Source: Bauldia sp. (GTDB lineage: Bacteria; Pseudomonadota; Alphaproteobacteria; Rhizobiales; Kaistiaceae). From it: DNA of 64,000 bases. A program made the translations under genes and the position numbers. The stretch is from contig JBFXAJ010000009.1 of assembly GCA_050184415.1 (NCBI GenBank), positions 7,494 through 71,493 on the forward strand, given 5' to 3'. Below are positions 49,235-57,684 of the stretch, piece after piece (within the stretch, counting starts at the first letter, position 1; the number at the start of each line of letters is the position of its first letter). The notes beneath the pieces are model-generated. The model had not been told where the DNA came from, did no database searches, and saw nothing but the letters and a program-made list of their open reading frames with translations.

Positions 49235-49867
49235 ATGCCGAAAGACAGTATCAGAACGCGGCTTTGCCTGGTGACCCCGGCGGGGTTTGACGATGGTTTC
49301 GCGGCGGTGCTCGACGATGCTCTCGGCGGTGGCGACGTCGCCTCGCTGATCATCGTGCCGCCGCCCGGCATGCCCGAGCAGCTCGCGCGGAGGCTGGGCG
49401 GTGTCGGCACGCGCCATGGCGTCGCCACGCTGATCGCCGCCGACAGCATGCCTCTGACCGGCCTTGACGGCGTCCATGTCGAGGGCGGCGCCGCAGCGGT
49501 CAAGGCGGCGATCGCGCGCCATCACCCCAAATACATCGTCGGTGCCGGCGGCGCGCTTTCGCGTCATGACGCCATGATCATCGGCGAGGCAGGCCCCGAC
49601 TACCTGTTCTTCGGCCGGCTGGACGGCGACGGCCAGCCCGGGATCCATCCCGCGGCCATGGCGCTGGCGGAATGGTGGGTCCCGCTTTTCGAGATTCCCG
49701 CCGTCGTGACGGGCGGAAGCGCGATCGAGAGCGTCGGCGAAGCCGCCGGTCTGGCGATTGAGTTCGTCGCCCTCCGCTCCGCGGTCTGGAACGATCCGCG
49801 GGGCCCGCGGGCGGCGGTGGCGGACGCCAACCGGATCCTCGCGGAGGTCGGGGAGCCGGTTCGATGA
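49235..49867 (+). CDS. Thiamine-phosphate-synthase-like (ThiE/TenI fold) protein
   Basis: Start at MPKDSIRTRLCLVTP. TIM-barrel-like blocks (GLDGVHVEG, GPDYLFFG, AVVTGG). Confidence 0.55.
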   Translation: MPKDSIRTRLCLVTPAGFDDGFAAVLDDALGGGDVASLIIVPPPGMPEQLARRLGGVGTRHGVATLIAADSMPLTGLDGVHVEGGAAAVKAAIARHHPKYIVGAGGALSRHDAMIIGEAGPDYLFFGRLDGDGQPGIHPAAMALAEWWVPLFEIPAVVTGGSAIESVGEAAGLAIEFVALRSAVWNDPRGPRAAVADANRILAEVGEPVR

Positions 49868-50892
49868 CCCGCCGGGACGCCTATCTTGCGACCGCCGCCA
49901 TTGTCGCGTTTGCGATCCTTGCGACTGCGACCTTCCTCCTGACCCGCAGCGGCGGCGAAGCGGCGCCGGCGATCATCGCCGAGGCGACGCCGGCATTCCA
50001 GCCGGAACCCCGGCCCGATCCGGCAGCGGGCGAGCCGGCTACGCCGGCCGCGGCGACCGATCTCGACCCCGCCTATGGCGCCTATCAGCGTCGCCTCTAC
50101 CGCACGGCGATGGAGCTGGCTCTGCCGCTGGCGGAAGCCGGCAACCGCGTCTCCCAGACCCTGATGGGCATCCTTTTGGCCGAAGGCTTCGGCGTCCCGC
50201 AGGACTTCACGGAATCGGCCGGCTGGTTCCAGCTCGCGGCCAATGCCGGCGAACCCTATGCGCAGTTCCAGCTCGGCCTCTATCACCTCAACGGCACCGG
50301 CGTCGCCGAGGACGCTGCCGCGGCGGTCCGCTACCTCGAACTGTCGGCGGCGCAGGACAATCGCGACGCGCTTTTTGCGCTGGCCGTCATGGCGCTTGAG
50401 GCTGGCGCGATCGAAGACGACGAGGAGCGGCGGACGGCGATCGACCGGCTGGCGCGCGCCGCCGAGCTCGGGCTCGCCGCCGCGCAATACGAGCTCGGCC
50501 GCCAATATGTCGACGGCGACAACGTCATCCGCAACGACCAGATCGCCAATGCCTGGCTGCGCCGGTCGGCCGAGCAGGGCTATGTCGATGCCGAGATCGA
50601 CTATGGCATCCGGCTCGCCAACGGCGTCGGCGCCCCACGCGACGAGGAGGCTGCGGCCGGCTGGCTCAGGCGGGCCGCCATTTCGGGCAATCCCGTCGGG
50701 CAGGCCCGCTACGGCCAGATGCTCGCCGCCGGCATCGGCGTCGCACCCGACCCGGTTGCGGCCGCGACCTATTATCTCCTTGCCCGCAGCGCAGGACTGG
50801 AAGACCCGTTCCTGGCGGATTTCTTCGCCGGCCTCACCGCCGAGCAGCAGGCCGAGGCGACGGACGCGGCCGCCGATCTCGGCCGCCCCTGA
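49864..50892 (+). CDS. Sel1-repeat (TPR-like) protein with N-terminal anchor
   Basis: 342 aa with repeated ...A..W...AA..G...AQ..LG..Y..G.GV..D units. ATGA overlap with the previous gene. Confidence 0.8.
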   Translation: MTRRDAYLATAAIVAFAILATATFLLTRSGGEAAPAIIAEATPAFQPEPRPDPAAGEPATPAAATDLDPAYGAYQRRLYRTAMELALPLAEAGNRVSQTLMGILLAEGFGVPQDFTESAGWFQLAANAGEPYAQFQLGLYHLNGTGVAEDAAAAVRYLELSAAQDNRDALFALAVMALEAGAIEDDEERRTAIDRLARAAELGLAAAQYELGRQYVDGDNVIRNDQIANAWLRRSAEQGYVDAEIDYGIRLANGVGAPRDEEAAAGWLRRAAISGNPVGQARYGQMLAAGIGVAPDPVAAATYYLLARSAGLEDPFLADFFAGLTAEQQAEATDAAADLGRP

Positions 50893-50989
50893 GCTTGCCG
50901 CCCGTCGCCTTTTTGGTGCAGGAGACGCTGGCGCCACGCCCGAGGCGGCTTTCCGGCGTCCCTCACACCCGAGCAAGAAGAAGATCGCG

Positions 50990-51784
50990 ATGGCGCGCAG
51001 CGCACTCCTCAACGTCATGGTCAACGCAGTCACCAAGGCCGGGCGAGGGCTGGCGCGCGATTTCGGCGAGGTCGAGAACCTCCAGGTTTCGGTGAAGGGG
51101 CCGGCTGAGTTCGTTTCCGCCGCCGACCACAGGGCCGACCAGATCCTGATCGCCGAGCTGCAGAAGGCGCGCCCGGGCTATGGCTTCCTCACCGAGGAGA
51201 CCGGCGCGATCGAGGGCTCGGACAAGACCCACCGCTGGATCATCGATCCGCTCGACGGCACGACCAATTTCCTCCACGGCATCCCGATCTTCGCGATTTC
51301 GGTGGCGCTCGAGCGCGAAGGCCAGCTCGTGGCGGGGGTCGTCTACAATCCGGTGGCGAACGAGCTCTTCGTCGCCGAACGCGGCAACGGTGCCTTCCTC
51401 AACGACCGCCGGCTGCGGGTGGCGCGGCGCCTCGAGCTCCTCGATGCGGTGATCGCGACCGGCATCCCGCATCGCGCTCGCGGCGACCACGCCGCTTTCA
51501 ACAGGGAATTGCCGCACCTCATGCAGCGCGTCGCCGGCGTCCGCCGCTGTGGTGCGGCGGCCATCGACCTCGCCTGGATCGCCGCCGGCCGCTTCGACGC
51601 GTTCTGGGAGCGCGGCCTCCATCCCTGGGACATGGCAGCCGGCATCGTCCTCATCGAGGAGGCCGGCGGCATCGTTTCGGACGTCGATGGCGGCCGCGGG
51701 ATGATGGAAAATGGCAGCGTCGTAGCCGGGAACACGACCCTGCAACCGCGACTTCTGACGGAACTTTCCGCAGCACGGCGTTGA
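50990..51784 (+). CDS. suhB: Inositol monophosphatase family protein
   Basis: Start at MARSALLNVMV. Motifs FLTEETG and WIIDPLDGTTNF. Confidence 0.9.
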   Translation: MARSALLNVMVNAVTKAGRGLARDFGEVENLQVSVKGPAEFVSAADHRADQILIAELQKARPGYGFLTEETGAIEGSDKTHRWIIDPLDGTTNFLHGIPIFAISVALEREGQLVAGVVYNPVANELFVAERGNGAFLNDRRLRVARRLELLDAVIATGIPHRARGDHAAFNRELPHLMQRVAGVRRCGAAAIDLAWIAAGRFDAFWERGLHPWDMAAGIVLIEEAGGIVSDVDGGRGMMENGSVVAGNTTLQPRLLTELSAARR

Positions 51785-51830
51785 AGAAGGCTGTGGAACC
51801 GGTAGTCATCGCGTTTCGATTCGGCCACAA

Positions 51831-52898
51831 TTGCCAGTCATCTGGGGCAGGCGAATCGAGGACGGCCGCTTGGTTTTGAGACGCCCGGGCAGGCGGGGTT
51901 ACGACCCCTACAAGCTGGCGAGCCCGCAGGTCTATCTGTGGCGGATGATCATCTTTCTGGTGATCGTCGCCTTCGTGGCCGCGATTCTCTTCGAGCCGGC
52001 CCGCGAAGCCTTCCTCGCCAACCCGGCCCTCAACGGCCTCATCTTCGGCACCCTGTTCATCGGCATCATCCTGGCCTTCCGCCACGTGATGAAGCTGTTC
52101 CCGGAAGTCCGCTGGGTGAACACGTTCCGGATCGCCGAGCCCGGGGTCGAATCGCACCAGCCGCCGGTGCTGCTGGCGCCGATGGCGGCGCTCCTTGGCG
52201 ACCGCATCGGCCGCATGCCGATCTCGACCCAGACGATGCGGTCGATCCTCGATTCGATCCAGATGCGGCTCGACGAGAACCGCGACATTTCGCGGTATCT
52301 CACCGGCCTCCTCGTCTTCCTCGGCCTTCTCGGCACCTTCTGGGGCCTTCTTGAGACCGTCACTTCGGTCGGCGACACCATCAACACGCTGGACGTGACC
52401 GGCGGCGATGGCGCGACCATCTTCGAGAACCTCAAGGACGGCCTTGCCGCACCGCTCGCCGGCATGGGCGTCGCCTTTTCGTCTTCGCTGTTCGGTCTCG
52501 CCGGGTCGCTGGTTCTGGGTTTCCTCGACCTCCAGGCCGGCGCGGCGCAGCGCGTGTTCTACAACGACCTCGAGGACTGGCTGTCCACCGTCGCCGACCT
52601 CGACCCGACCGCGATGGACCTCCAGGGCGTGTCGAGCGCCGAAGACCTCCGAGTCGTCGTCGAGCGCCTGTCGCGCGTGGTCGCCGAGGCCGGCGGCTCG
52701 GTCGGCAGCGCCACGACGCAGCGCACCACCACGGCCATGGCCAATCTCGCCGAAGGCATTCAGGGCCTCGTCCAGCACATGCGGAGCGAGCAGCAGGTCG
52801 TCCGCTCCTGGGTGGAGACGCAGGCCGAGCAGCAGCGCGAGATCCACGATCTCCTTGCGGTCATCGCCGACGCGCTGAAACAGCCGGCGGCGGAGTAG
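51831..52898 (+). CDS. MotA/TolQ/ExbB-family proton-channel protein with C-terminal helical extension
   Basis: Four hydrophobic helices. The TM3-TM4 region LLGTFWGLLETV...LAGMGVAFSSSLFGLAGSLVLGF is typical of the family. A tail of about 120 aa follows TM4. Start uncertain (TTG 51831 or ATG 51945). Confidence 0.75.
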   Translation: MPVIWGRRIEDGRLVLRRPGRRGYDPYKLASPQVYLWRMIIFLVIVAFVAAILFEPAREAFLANPALNGLIFGTLFIGIILAFRHVMKLFPEVRWVNTFRIAEPGVESHQPPVLLAPMAALLGDRIGRMPISTQTMRSILDSIQMRLDENRDISRYLTGLLVFLGLLGTFWGLLETVTSVGDTINTLDVTGGDGATIFENLKDGLAAPLAGMGVAFSSSLFGLAGSLVLGFLDLQAGAAQRVFYNDLEDWLSTVADLDPTAMDLQGVSSAEDLRVVVERLSRVVAEAGGSVGSATTQRTTTAMANLAEGIQGLVQHMRSEQQVVRSWVETQAEQQREIHDLLAVIADALKQPAAE

Positions 52899-52902
52899 GG
52901 CG

Positions 52903-53928
52903 ATGGCCGTCGCCCGCGGCAGGCGCCGATCGGACCGGGTCGACTACTGGCCGGCCTTCGTCGACGTGCTGTCGACGCTCTTGCTGGTGTTCGTGTTCCT
53001 GCTGTCGATCTTCGGCCTCGTGCAGTTCTTCCTGTCGCGCGAGATTTCCGACCAGGACACGCTCCTCAACCAGCTCCGCGGCCAGATCGACGAACTCGCC
53101 AATGCGCTTGCGATGGGGCGGACCGAGGCGGTCGACCTCAACGCGACCATCGCCGGCCTTCAGGCCGCTCTCGGCGAGGCCGAGGCCGAGCGCACCCGCC
53201 TTCTTGGCCTTGCGGACGAACAGGCCGCGGCCGCCGCTGCCGCTGGCGGCCAGGTCGTGGGCCTCCAGCGCGAACTCACCGACCAGGAGCGGCTGACGCA
53301 GCAGGCGCTGGCCCAGGTCGAGCTCCTCAACCAGCAGATCGCGGCGCTCCGCTCGCAGCTCGCCACCATCGAGGCGGCGCTCGATGCCGCCGAAACCCAG
53401 GAAGCCGCCAACGAACTGGTCATCGAGGACCTCGGTGCCCGCCTCAATGTCGCCCTTCAGGAGCGCGTGCAGGAGCTGTCGCGCTACCGGTCCGACTTCT
53501 TCGGCCGGCTGCGGGAAATCCTCGGTAATCGCGAGGACATCACGATCGTCGGCGACCGCTTCGTCTTCCAGTCCGAGGTGCTGTTCGCGGTCGGCTCGGC
53601 GGAACTGAACGCTGCCGGACGGCAACAGATCGTGACCCTTGCCGCCGCCATCCGCGAGCTCGAGACGCAGATCCCGGACGACATTCCCTGGGTGCTCCAG
53701 GTCAACGGCCACACCGACGCCCAGCCGATCCGTGGCGGCGAATTCGCCAACAATTTCGAGCTCTCGACGGCACGCGCGCTGTCGGTCGTCGAGGTTCTGC
53801 AGGCCGAAGGCGTCTCCCCCAACCGGCTCGCGGCCGCGGGCTTCGGCGAATACCAGCCCCTCGAGGAGGGCAACACGCCCGAAATCTACGCCGCCAATCG
53901 GCGCATCGAGCTCAAGCTGACGGAATAG
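52903..53928 (+). CDS. MotB/OmpA-family peptidoglycan-binding protein with long coiled-coil linker
   Basis: N-terminal YWPAFVDVLSTLLLVFVFLL (TM with conserved Asp), about 170 aa of heptad-like Ala/Gln/Leu/Glu sequence, then the C-terminal OmpA domain (NGHTD...NFELSTARALSV...GFGEYQP...NRRIEL). Confidence 0.8.
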   Translation: MAVARGRRRSDRVDYWPAFVDVLSTLLLVFVFLLSIFGLVQFFLSREISDQDTLLNQLRGQIDELANALAMGRTEAVDLNATIAGLQAALGEAEAERTRLLGLADEQAAAAAAAGGQVVGLQRELTDQERLTQQALAQVELLNQQIAALRSQLATIEAALDAAETQEAANELVIEDLGARLNVALQERVQELSRYRSDFFGRLREILGNREDITIVGDRFVFQSEVLFAVGSAELNAAGRQQIVTLAAAIRELETQIPDDIPWVLQVNGHTDAQPIRGGEFANNFELSTARALSVVEVLQAEGVSPNRLAAAGFGEYQPLEEGNTPEIYAANRRIELKLTE

Positions 53929-53974
53929 TCGGCCTACCGTCGCTGTGGCGACGGCACTCATCCCCCACGATTTC

Positions 53975-54070
53975 GTCTTGGCCGGGCTTGTTCCGGCCAT
54001 CCACGTCTTCCTTGCGGCAAGGCGTGGATGCCCGGCATGAAGCCGGGCATCACGACGGAGAGGGGAGCGG
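53975..54070. repeat. Composite REP-like hairpin element
   Basis: Three adjacent hairpins: ggccgg-gcttgtt-ccggcc, ccacg...ccttgcggcaagg...cgtgg and atgcccggc-atgaa-gccgggcat. This is a motif type common in intergenic regions of Rhizobiales-like genomes. Confidence 0.6.
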
Positions 54071-54108
54071 CAGTGGTCGGACGGGGATGTCCCCGGCATC
54101 CTCAGGCG

Positions 54109-54142
54109 AAGCAAAACGGCTCCGCTGGGAGCGGAGCCGTTT
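54109..54142 (-). terminator. Terminator downstream of lectin gene
   Basis: 12 bp stem aaacggctccgc / gcggagccgttt. Reverse-strand trailer ttttgc. Confidence 0.65.
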
Positions 54143-54164
54143 GACGCTTGTAGGGAAGGGACGC

Positions 54165-54752
54165 CTACGGCGTCCCCATCCGCCATTCCTGCTGCTGGTT
54201 GCCCGGAAGCCCCGTGACCACCTGGAACATCGCCGGGCCGCCAATGACGGCTTGGAGGAAGCGACCGCTCGATACCTGCTGGATGGTGACGAAGCCGCCG
54301 CCATATTCGGTGATCCGCCACAGCTGGGTCTGGTCGAAGGTCTGGCGGGGGCGAAGGACCGACCAGAAGGCTTCCGACGACACTTCGTGCGCGTCGAGGA
54401 AGAGCCCGGAGCTGCGCTGCTGGATGGTGTAGATCCCGCCGCCCTGGGGCGTGATCAGCCACTGCTGGGACTGCGCGCCGCTATACTGCGCGATCACGGT
54501 GTTGAGGCCGAGATTGTATTTGTCGGGCGCGGTGGCATCGAGGAACATCAGGCCGCCGCCCTGGAAGGTGACGAGCCGGGACTGCTCCGCAGGGCGAAGC
54601 ACGTCCGGGGTCAGCGGCATCTGCTGAAGCTGCATGCCCTGCGCAGAAGCGCTGCTGATGGCCGTGAAGAAGGTGAGGATGGCAAGGACGGTGGAAGCGA
54701 TCGTGGACCAGGCTGTCACTTGGATGCGGCCACGAACAACTGCGGTAGTCAT
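54165..54752 (-). CDS. Secreted ricin-type beta-trefoil lectin domain protein
   Basis: Start at MTTAVVRG... after aggag, with signal peptide ...AISSASA|QG. Three internal repeats each have GGG-x-x-TIQQ/FLDA and end in QxW (QQW, QLW, QEW). Confidence 0.75.
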   Translation of the reverse strand: MTTAVVRGRIQVTAWSTIASTVLAILTFFTAISSASAQGMQLQQMPLTPDVLRPAEQSRLVTFQGGGLMFLDATAPDKYNLGLNTVIAQYSGAQSQQWLITPQGGGIYTIQQRSSGLFLDAHEVSSEAFWSVLRPRQTFDQTQLWRITEYGGGFVTIQQVSSGRFLQAVIGGPAMFQVVTGLPGNQQQEWRMGTP

Positions 54753-54904
54753 CGGGTTGGCTCCTGTGATGGTTCGAGGTGAAGCCCGGCACACCAGTCG
54801 CCCGGCTTGGTCGTGACTATGGTCAGGCACGCTGAACCGCCTCTGAGACGTCCGTTGTCTTCCGTTCAGAAGCCCCTCCGGTCGGGGCCAAAGTATAGAC
54901 CAGC

Positions 54905-54939
54905 TAACGAGAAAGCGCAGCGCCGGAGCGCTGCGCTTT
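54905..54939 (-). terminator. Terminator downstream of fasciclin gene
   Basis: 12 bp stem aaagcgcagcgc / gcgctgcgcttt with loop cgga. Reverse-strand trailer tttctcgtt. Confidence 0.75.
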
Positions 54940-55026
54940 GAGGAGGGCGCCCGGACGTCGCCATGGCGGACATGGCGACGCTCTCCGGCGCCGGTCCGCG
55001 ACTCCCGGTGTTGCGGTAGTGTCGGC

Positions 55027-55596
55027 CTACATCGCCGGGAGGAGGACCGCGTCGATGACGTGGATGACGCCGTTCGATTGGACGACGTCGGCGATCGTCA
55101 CATGGGCCTCGCCGCCATTCTCGTCCGTCAGGGTGACGACCCCGTCGACCACCGTCGCGTTGATGACGCAGCCGCCGACGGTCTCGATCGCGTGGGTGCC
55201 GCCATCGGCATTGATCATCCCGATCAGCGCTTCCGACATCACGTCGGCGGCGACGACATGGCAGGTCAGGATCGTCTGCAGCGTGGCGAGATTCTCGGGC
55301 AGGAGGAGGTTCTCGACGGTGCCGGCCGGAAGGGCGGCGAATGCGTCATTGGTCGGCGCGAAGACCGTGAACGGGCCGGGACCTTCGAGGGTCTCGACGA
55401 GGCCGGCGGCCTGGACAGCGGCCACCAGCGTGGTGTGATCGGCGGAGTTCACCGCGTTCTGGATGATGTTCATGGTGGCGAGCATCGGCGCACCGCCGAC
55501 CATCGGGTTCTCCTGGGCGATTGCGATCGAAGCAGCGATCGAGGAGACGCCGAGGAGAGCGGCCGCGGCGACGGTGCGAAGGTTGGTTCTAATCAT
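55027..55596 (-). CDS. Fasciclin (FAS1) domain protein, secreted
   Basis: 189 aa with signal peptide. FTVFAPTNDAFAALP and NGVIHVIDAVLLP blocks define FAS1. Confidence 0.85.
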   Translation of the reverse strand: MIRTNLRTVAAAALLGVSSIAASIAIAQENPMVGGAPMLATMNIIQNAVNSADHTTLVAAVQAAGLVETLEGPGPFTVFAPTNDAFAALPAGTVENLLLPENLATLQTILTCHVVAADVMSEALIGMINADGGTHAIETVGGCVINATVVDGVVTLTDENGGEAHVTIADVVQSNGVIHVIDAVLLPAM

Positions 55597-55690
55597 GGGG
55601 TTGGGGTCCTATCCTGTTCTCTCTCGTCCTCCTCAAGAGGGGACGGAGGCAGATACGGACCCGCGGCGGTGCCGGTTTCGGACGGCTGTG

Positions 55691-55721
55691 AAAAAAGTTC
55701 GAGGCCGGTCCCTCCGGCCTC
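55691..55721 (-). terminator. Terminator (second of tandem pair) after DUF465 gene
   Basis: Stem gaggccgg / ccggcctc. Reverse-strand trailer gaactttttt. Confidence 0.7.
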
Positions 55722-55756
55722 AAAAAACGAAACGCCGCAGCTTGGCTGCGGCGTTT
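55721..55756 (-). terminator. Terminator (first of tandem pair) after DUF465 gene
   Basis: 11 bp stem aaacgccgcag / ctgcggcgttt. Reverse-strand trailer cgtttttt. Confidence 0.75.
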
Positions 55757-55796
55757 CCCATAGGCTGTTGATCGCCTGTTCCCCCGAAGGGCGCTC

Positions 55797-55976
55797 CTAG
55801 TGGACGGTGATGGCGCTTCGAACGCGCTCGATCTCGTCCTTGAGGAGAAGCTTGCGTCGCTTGAGACCCGTCAGCTCCAGGGTATCGGCGCTGGGGTGGT
55901 GCATGGCCTCGTCGATCTGGCGTTCCAGATCGGCGTGGCGGCGCTCAAGCTGGGCAAGATGCGATTCCGCAGACAT
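55797..55976 (-). CDS. DUF465 (YdcH-like) small coiled-coil protein
   Basis: 59 aa from the ATG after ggagg. MSAESHLAQLERRHADLERQIDEAMHHPSADTLELTGLKRRKLLLKDEIERV. Confidence 0.75.
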   Translation of the reverse strand: MSAESHLAQLERRHADLERQIDEAMHHPSADTLELTGLKRRKLLLKDEIERVRSAITVH

Positions 55977-56118
55977 CGGGAATAGCCTCCATGTTGCTAC
56001 TTCACGACGAGAGTGTGACACCACTCGGACCGTCCGGCAATCATCGTCGCGGCCGGCACGAATGCTGGCTTTTCGGGGCGAACCTTCGGTTTCTGGGCGG
56101 TTTGGCCGCGGCCGTGCT

Positions 56119-56364
56119 ATGATGGTTTCCCCGGTAAAACGCACGGTTTCGCCTCGCTTGATGACCGACGAAGAACGCCAGATTCGCGAGGAGCTGGAAC
56201 GGCTTCGGCAGGAGCATCGCGACCTCGACGAAGCGATCGCGGCGATGGAGGCCAGCGGCCGCGGCGACCCGATCCGGCGCCAGCGCCTCAAGAAGCGCAA
56301 GCTGCAACTGAAGGACCGGATCGTCCGGCTGGAGGACAGGTTGCTCCCCGACATTATTGCGTGA
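56119..56364 (+). CDS. DUF465 (YdcH-like) small protein
   Basis: ...EELERLRQEHRDLDEAIAAM...RLKKRKLQLKDRIVRLEDRLLPDIIA. The start could instead be ATG 56161 (MTDEERQ...). Confidence 0.7.
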   Translation: MMVSPVKRTVSPRLMTDEERQIREELERLRQEHRDLDEAIAAMEASGRGDPIRRQRLKKRKLQLKDRIVRLEDRLLPDIIA

Positions 56365-56433
56365 TCGGGACGGGGGCGGGGGTAGCCTCGACGGGCCGAC
56401 GCCCGGCCCCGGAGAGCGTCCCGCTTCCTCGGC

Positions 56434-57225
56434 TCAATATGGCCGCGCGACCCCGAGCCATCGGCCGAGATGCGCCCAGGTCGCCGCCTCGAACCGCTCC
56501 GGCCACTCGACGCCGAGCGCAGCCGCCCTGGCGCGGGCGCGCGGCAGATAGGCCGCGGCGATCGCGAGATTGGCTGCAATGACCGAGTCGCGCGTAGGCG
56601 CCGGGATCGGAAGCCCCTCGAGCAGCGCCTTCTGCTCCGTCGTGAGCTGGCGCTTCAGGTTGAGCGCCCCGCCGCGTGGCGACACGCCCGTCTCGTCGAC
56701 AAGGAGGTCGGTCAGGATCGTGCGGAGGTGGAACACCCCGGTCACGCCGACGAGATAGTCCTCGCGGTCAATGGCGAGCGAGAGGAGGCCGAGCACGCGG
56801 AGGAAGCTCTCGAACTGCGTCCGGACCTGCGCCGGGTTGGGCACTGGCTTCGGCAGGGACGGCGGCAGCGACGCGAAGATGTCGTCATGGTCGAAAACGA
56901 CCCTCATGTTCTTCTGTGCACGCTTCGCCATCTGCTCCCGCGTCAGATAGACGACGTCGAAACGGCTCCAGTCGGCGGTGATCGCCATGATCTGGAGCTG
57001 ATGGGCGGTCTGGTCCCACCACAGGACGATCTCGCCGGTGCGGCCGACCGCCTCGCGCCAGCGCGCGGTGAAGGATGCAGCGTCGCCGGCGATGACGGCG
57101 ACGAAGTCGAGGTCGCTGTGCTCGTCCTCGATGCCCGCGCCGTAGCTCCCCGTGAGATAGAGCGCCCGCACGGCGGGTTCCGCGCGCAAGGCCTCGGCGA
57201 TCGTTTCGATCACGGCATCCCGCAT
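56434..57225 (-). CDS. Pol-beta-superfamily nucleotidyltransferase (aminoglycoside/lincosamide NTase-like)
   Basis: Start at MRDAVIE after gggagga. GS-x10-DxD motif (LTGSYGAGIEDEHSDLDFVAV) followed by about 170 aa of helical domain. Size is similar to Lnu/ANT-type enzymes. Confidence 0.65.
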   Translation of the reverse strand: MRDAVIETIAEALRAEPAVRALYLTGSYGAGIEDEHSDLDFVAVIAGDAASFTARWREAVGRTGEIVLWWDQTAHQLQIMAITADWSRFDVVYLTREQMAKRAQKNMRVVFDHDDIFASLPPSLPKPVPNPAQVRTQFESFLRVLGLLSLAIDREDYLVGVTGVFHLRTILTDLLVDETGVSPRGGALNLKRQLTTEQKALLEGLPIPAPTRDSVIAANLAIAAAYLPRARARAAALGVEWPERFEAATWAHLGRWLGVARPY

Positions 57226-57312
57226 GGCCAAATCCTCCCAAGGTTGTTCCACGCACTGAGGATCAACCAGGGCCGGGGACGCGACCAGCGCGCTGCTGTC
57301 GCATCCCTCTTG

Positions 57313-57621
57313 CTAAGCGAGCTTGAGCCCCACGATCCCCGCCACGATGAGCGCGATCGACGCGAGCTTCAGGGCGGTGACGGTCTCGCCAATGGCGAAG
57401 CCGACCAGCACGGTCCCGACCGTGCCGATGCCGGTCCAGACCGCATAGGCGGTTGCGAGCGGAAGGGATTTCAGCGCGACGCCGAGAAGGGCCAGGCTCG
57501 CCGCGACGCCGGCGACGGCCAATACCGACGGGATCGGTTTACTAAAGCCGGCGGACTGCTTGAGGGCGAACGCGAAGGCGACTTCAAGCAAGCCGGCGAG
57601 GAGAAGGACGATCCAGGCCAT
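57313..57621 (-). CDS. sugE: SMR-family exporter, SugE/Gdx type
   Basis: 102 aa, four TM helices. MAWIVLLLAGLLEVAFAFALK carries the essential membrane Glu. Confidence 0.9.
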   Translation of the reverse strand: MAWIVLLLAGLLEVAFAFALKQSAGFSKPIPSVLAVAGVAASLALLGVALKSLPLATAYAVWTGIGTVGTVLVGFAIGETVTALKLASIALIVAGIVGLKLA

Positions 57622-57639
57622 TGGAGACCCCTATGGTCA

Positions 57640-57684
57640 CCAAGGTCGTCCCTGGCCGTTCTGCACAAAGAGCGGTCGTCCGCT
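57640..57684 (-). promoter_or_regulatory. Guanidine-II (mini-ykkC) riboswitch
   Basis: The reverse strand reads AGCGG-ACGA-CCGCT, a 15-nt linker, then CCAGGG-ACGA-CCTTGG. These are two hairpins with GG-ACGA-CC loops, 18 nt upstream of the sugE ATG. Confidence 0.8.

Noticed and set aside
51831-53928. Calling the MotA/MotB-like pair a Zorya defence system
   Set aside because: ZorA-type proteins are much longer, and the system requires ZorC/ZorD (or ZorE) partners. No such genes or any nuclease/helicase genes are nearby. It is kept as an unexplained stator pair instead.
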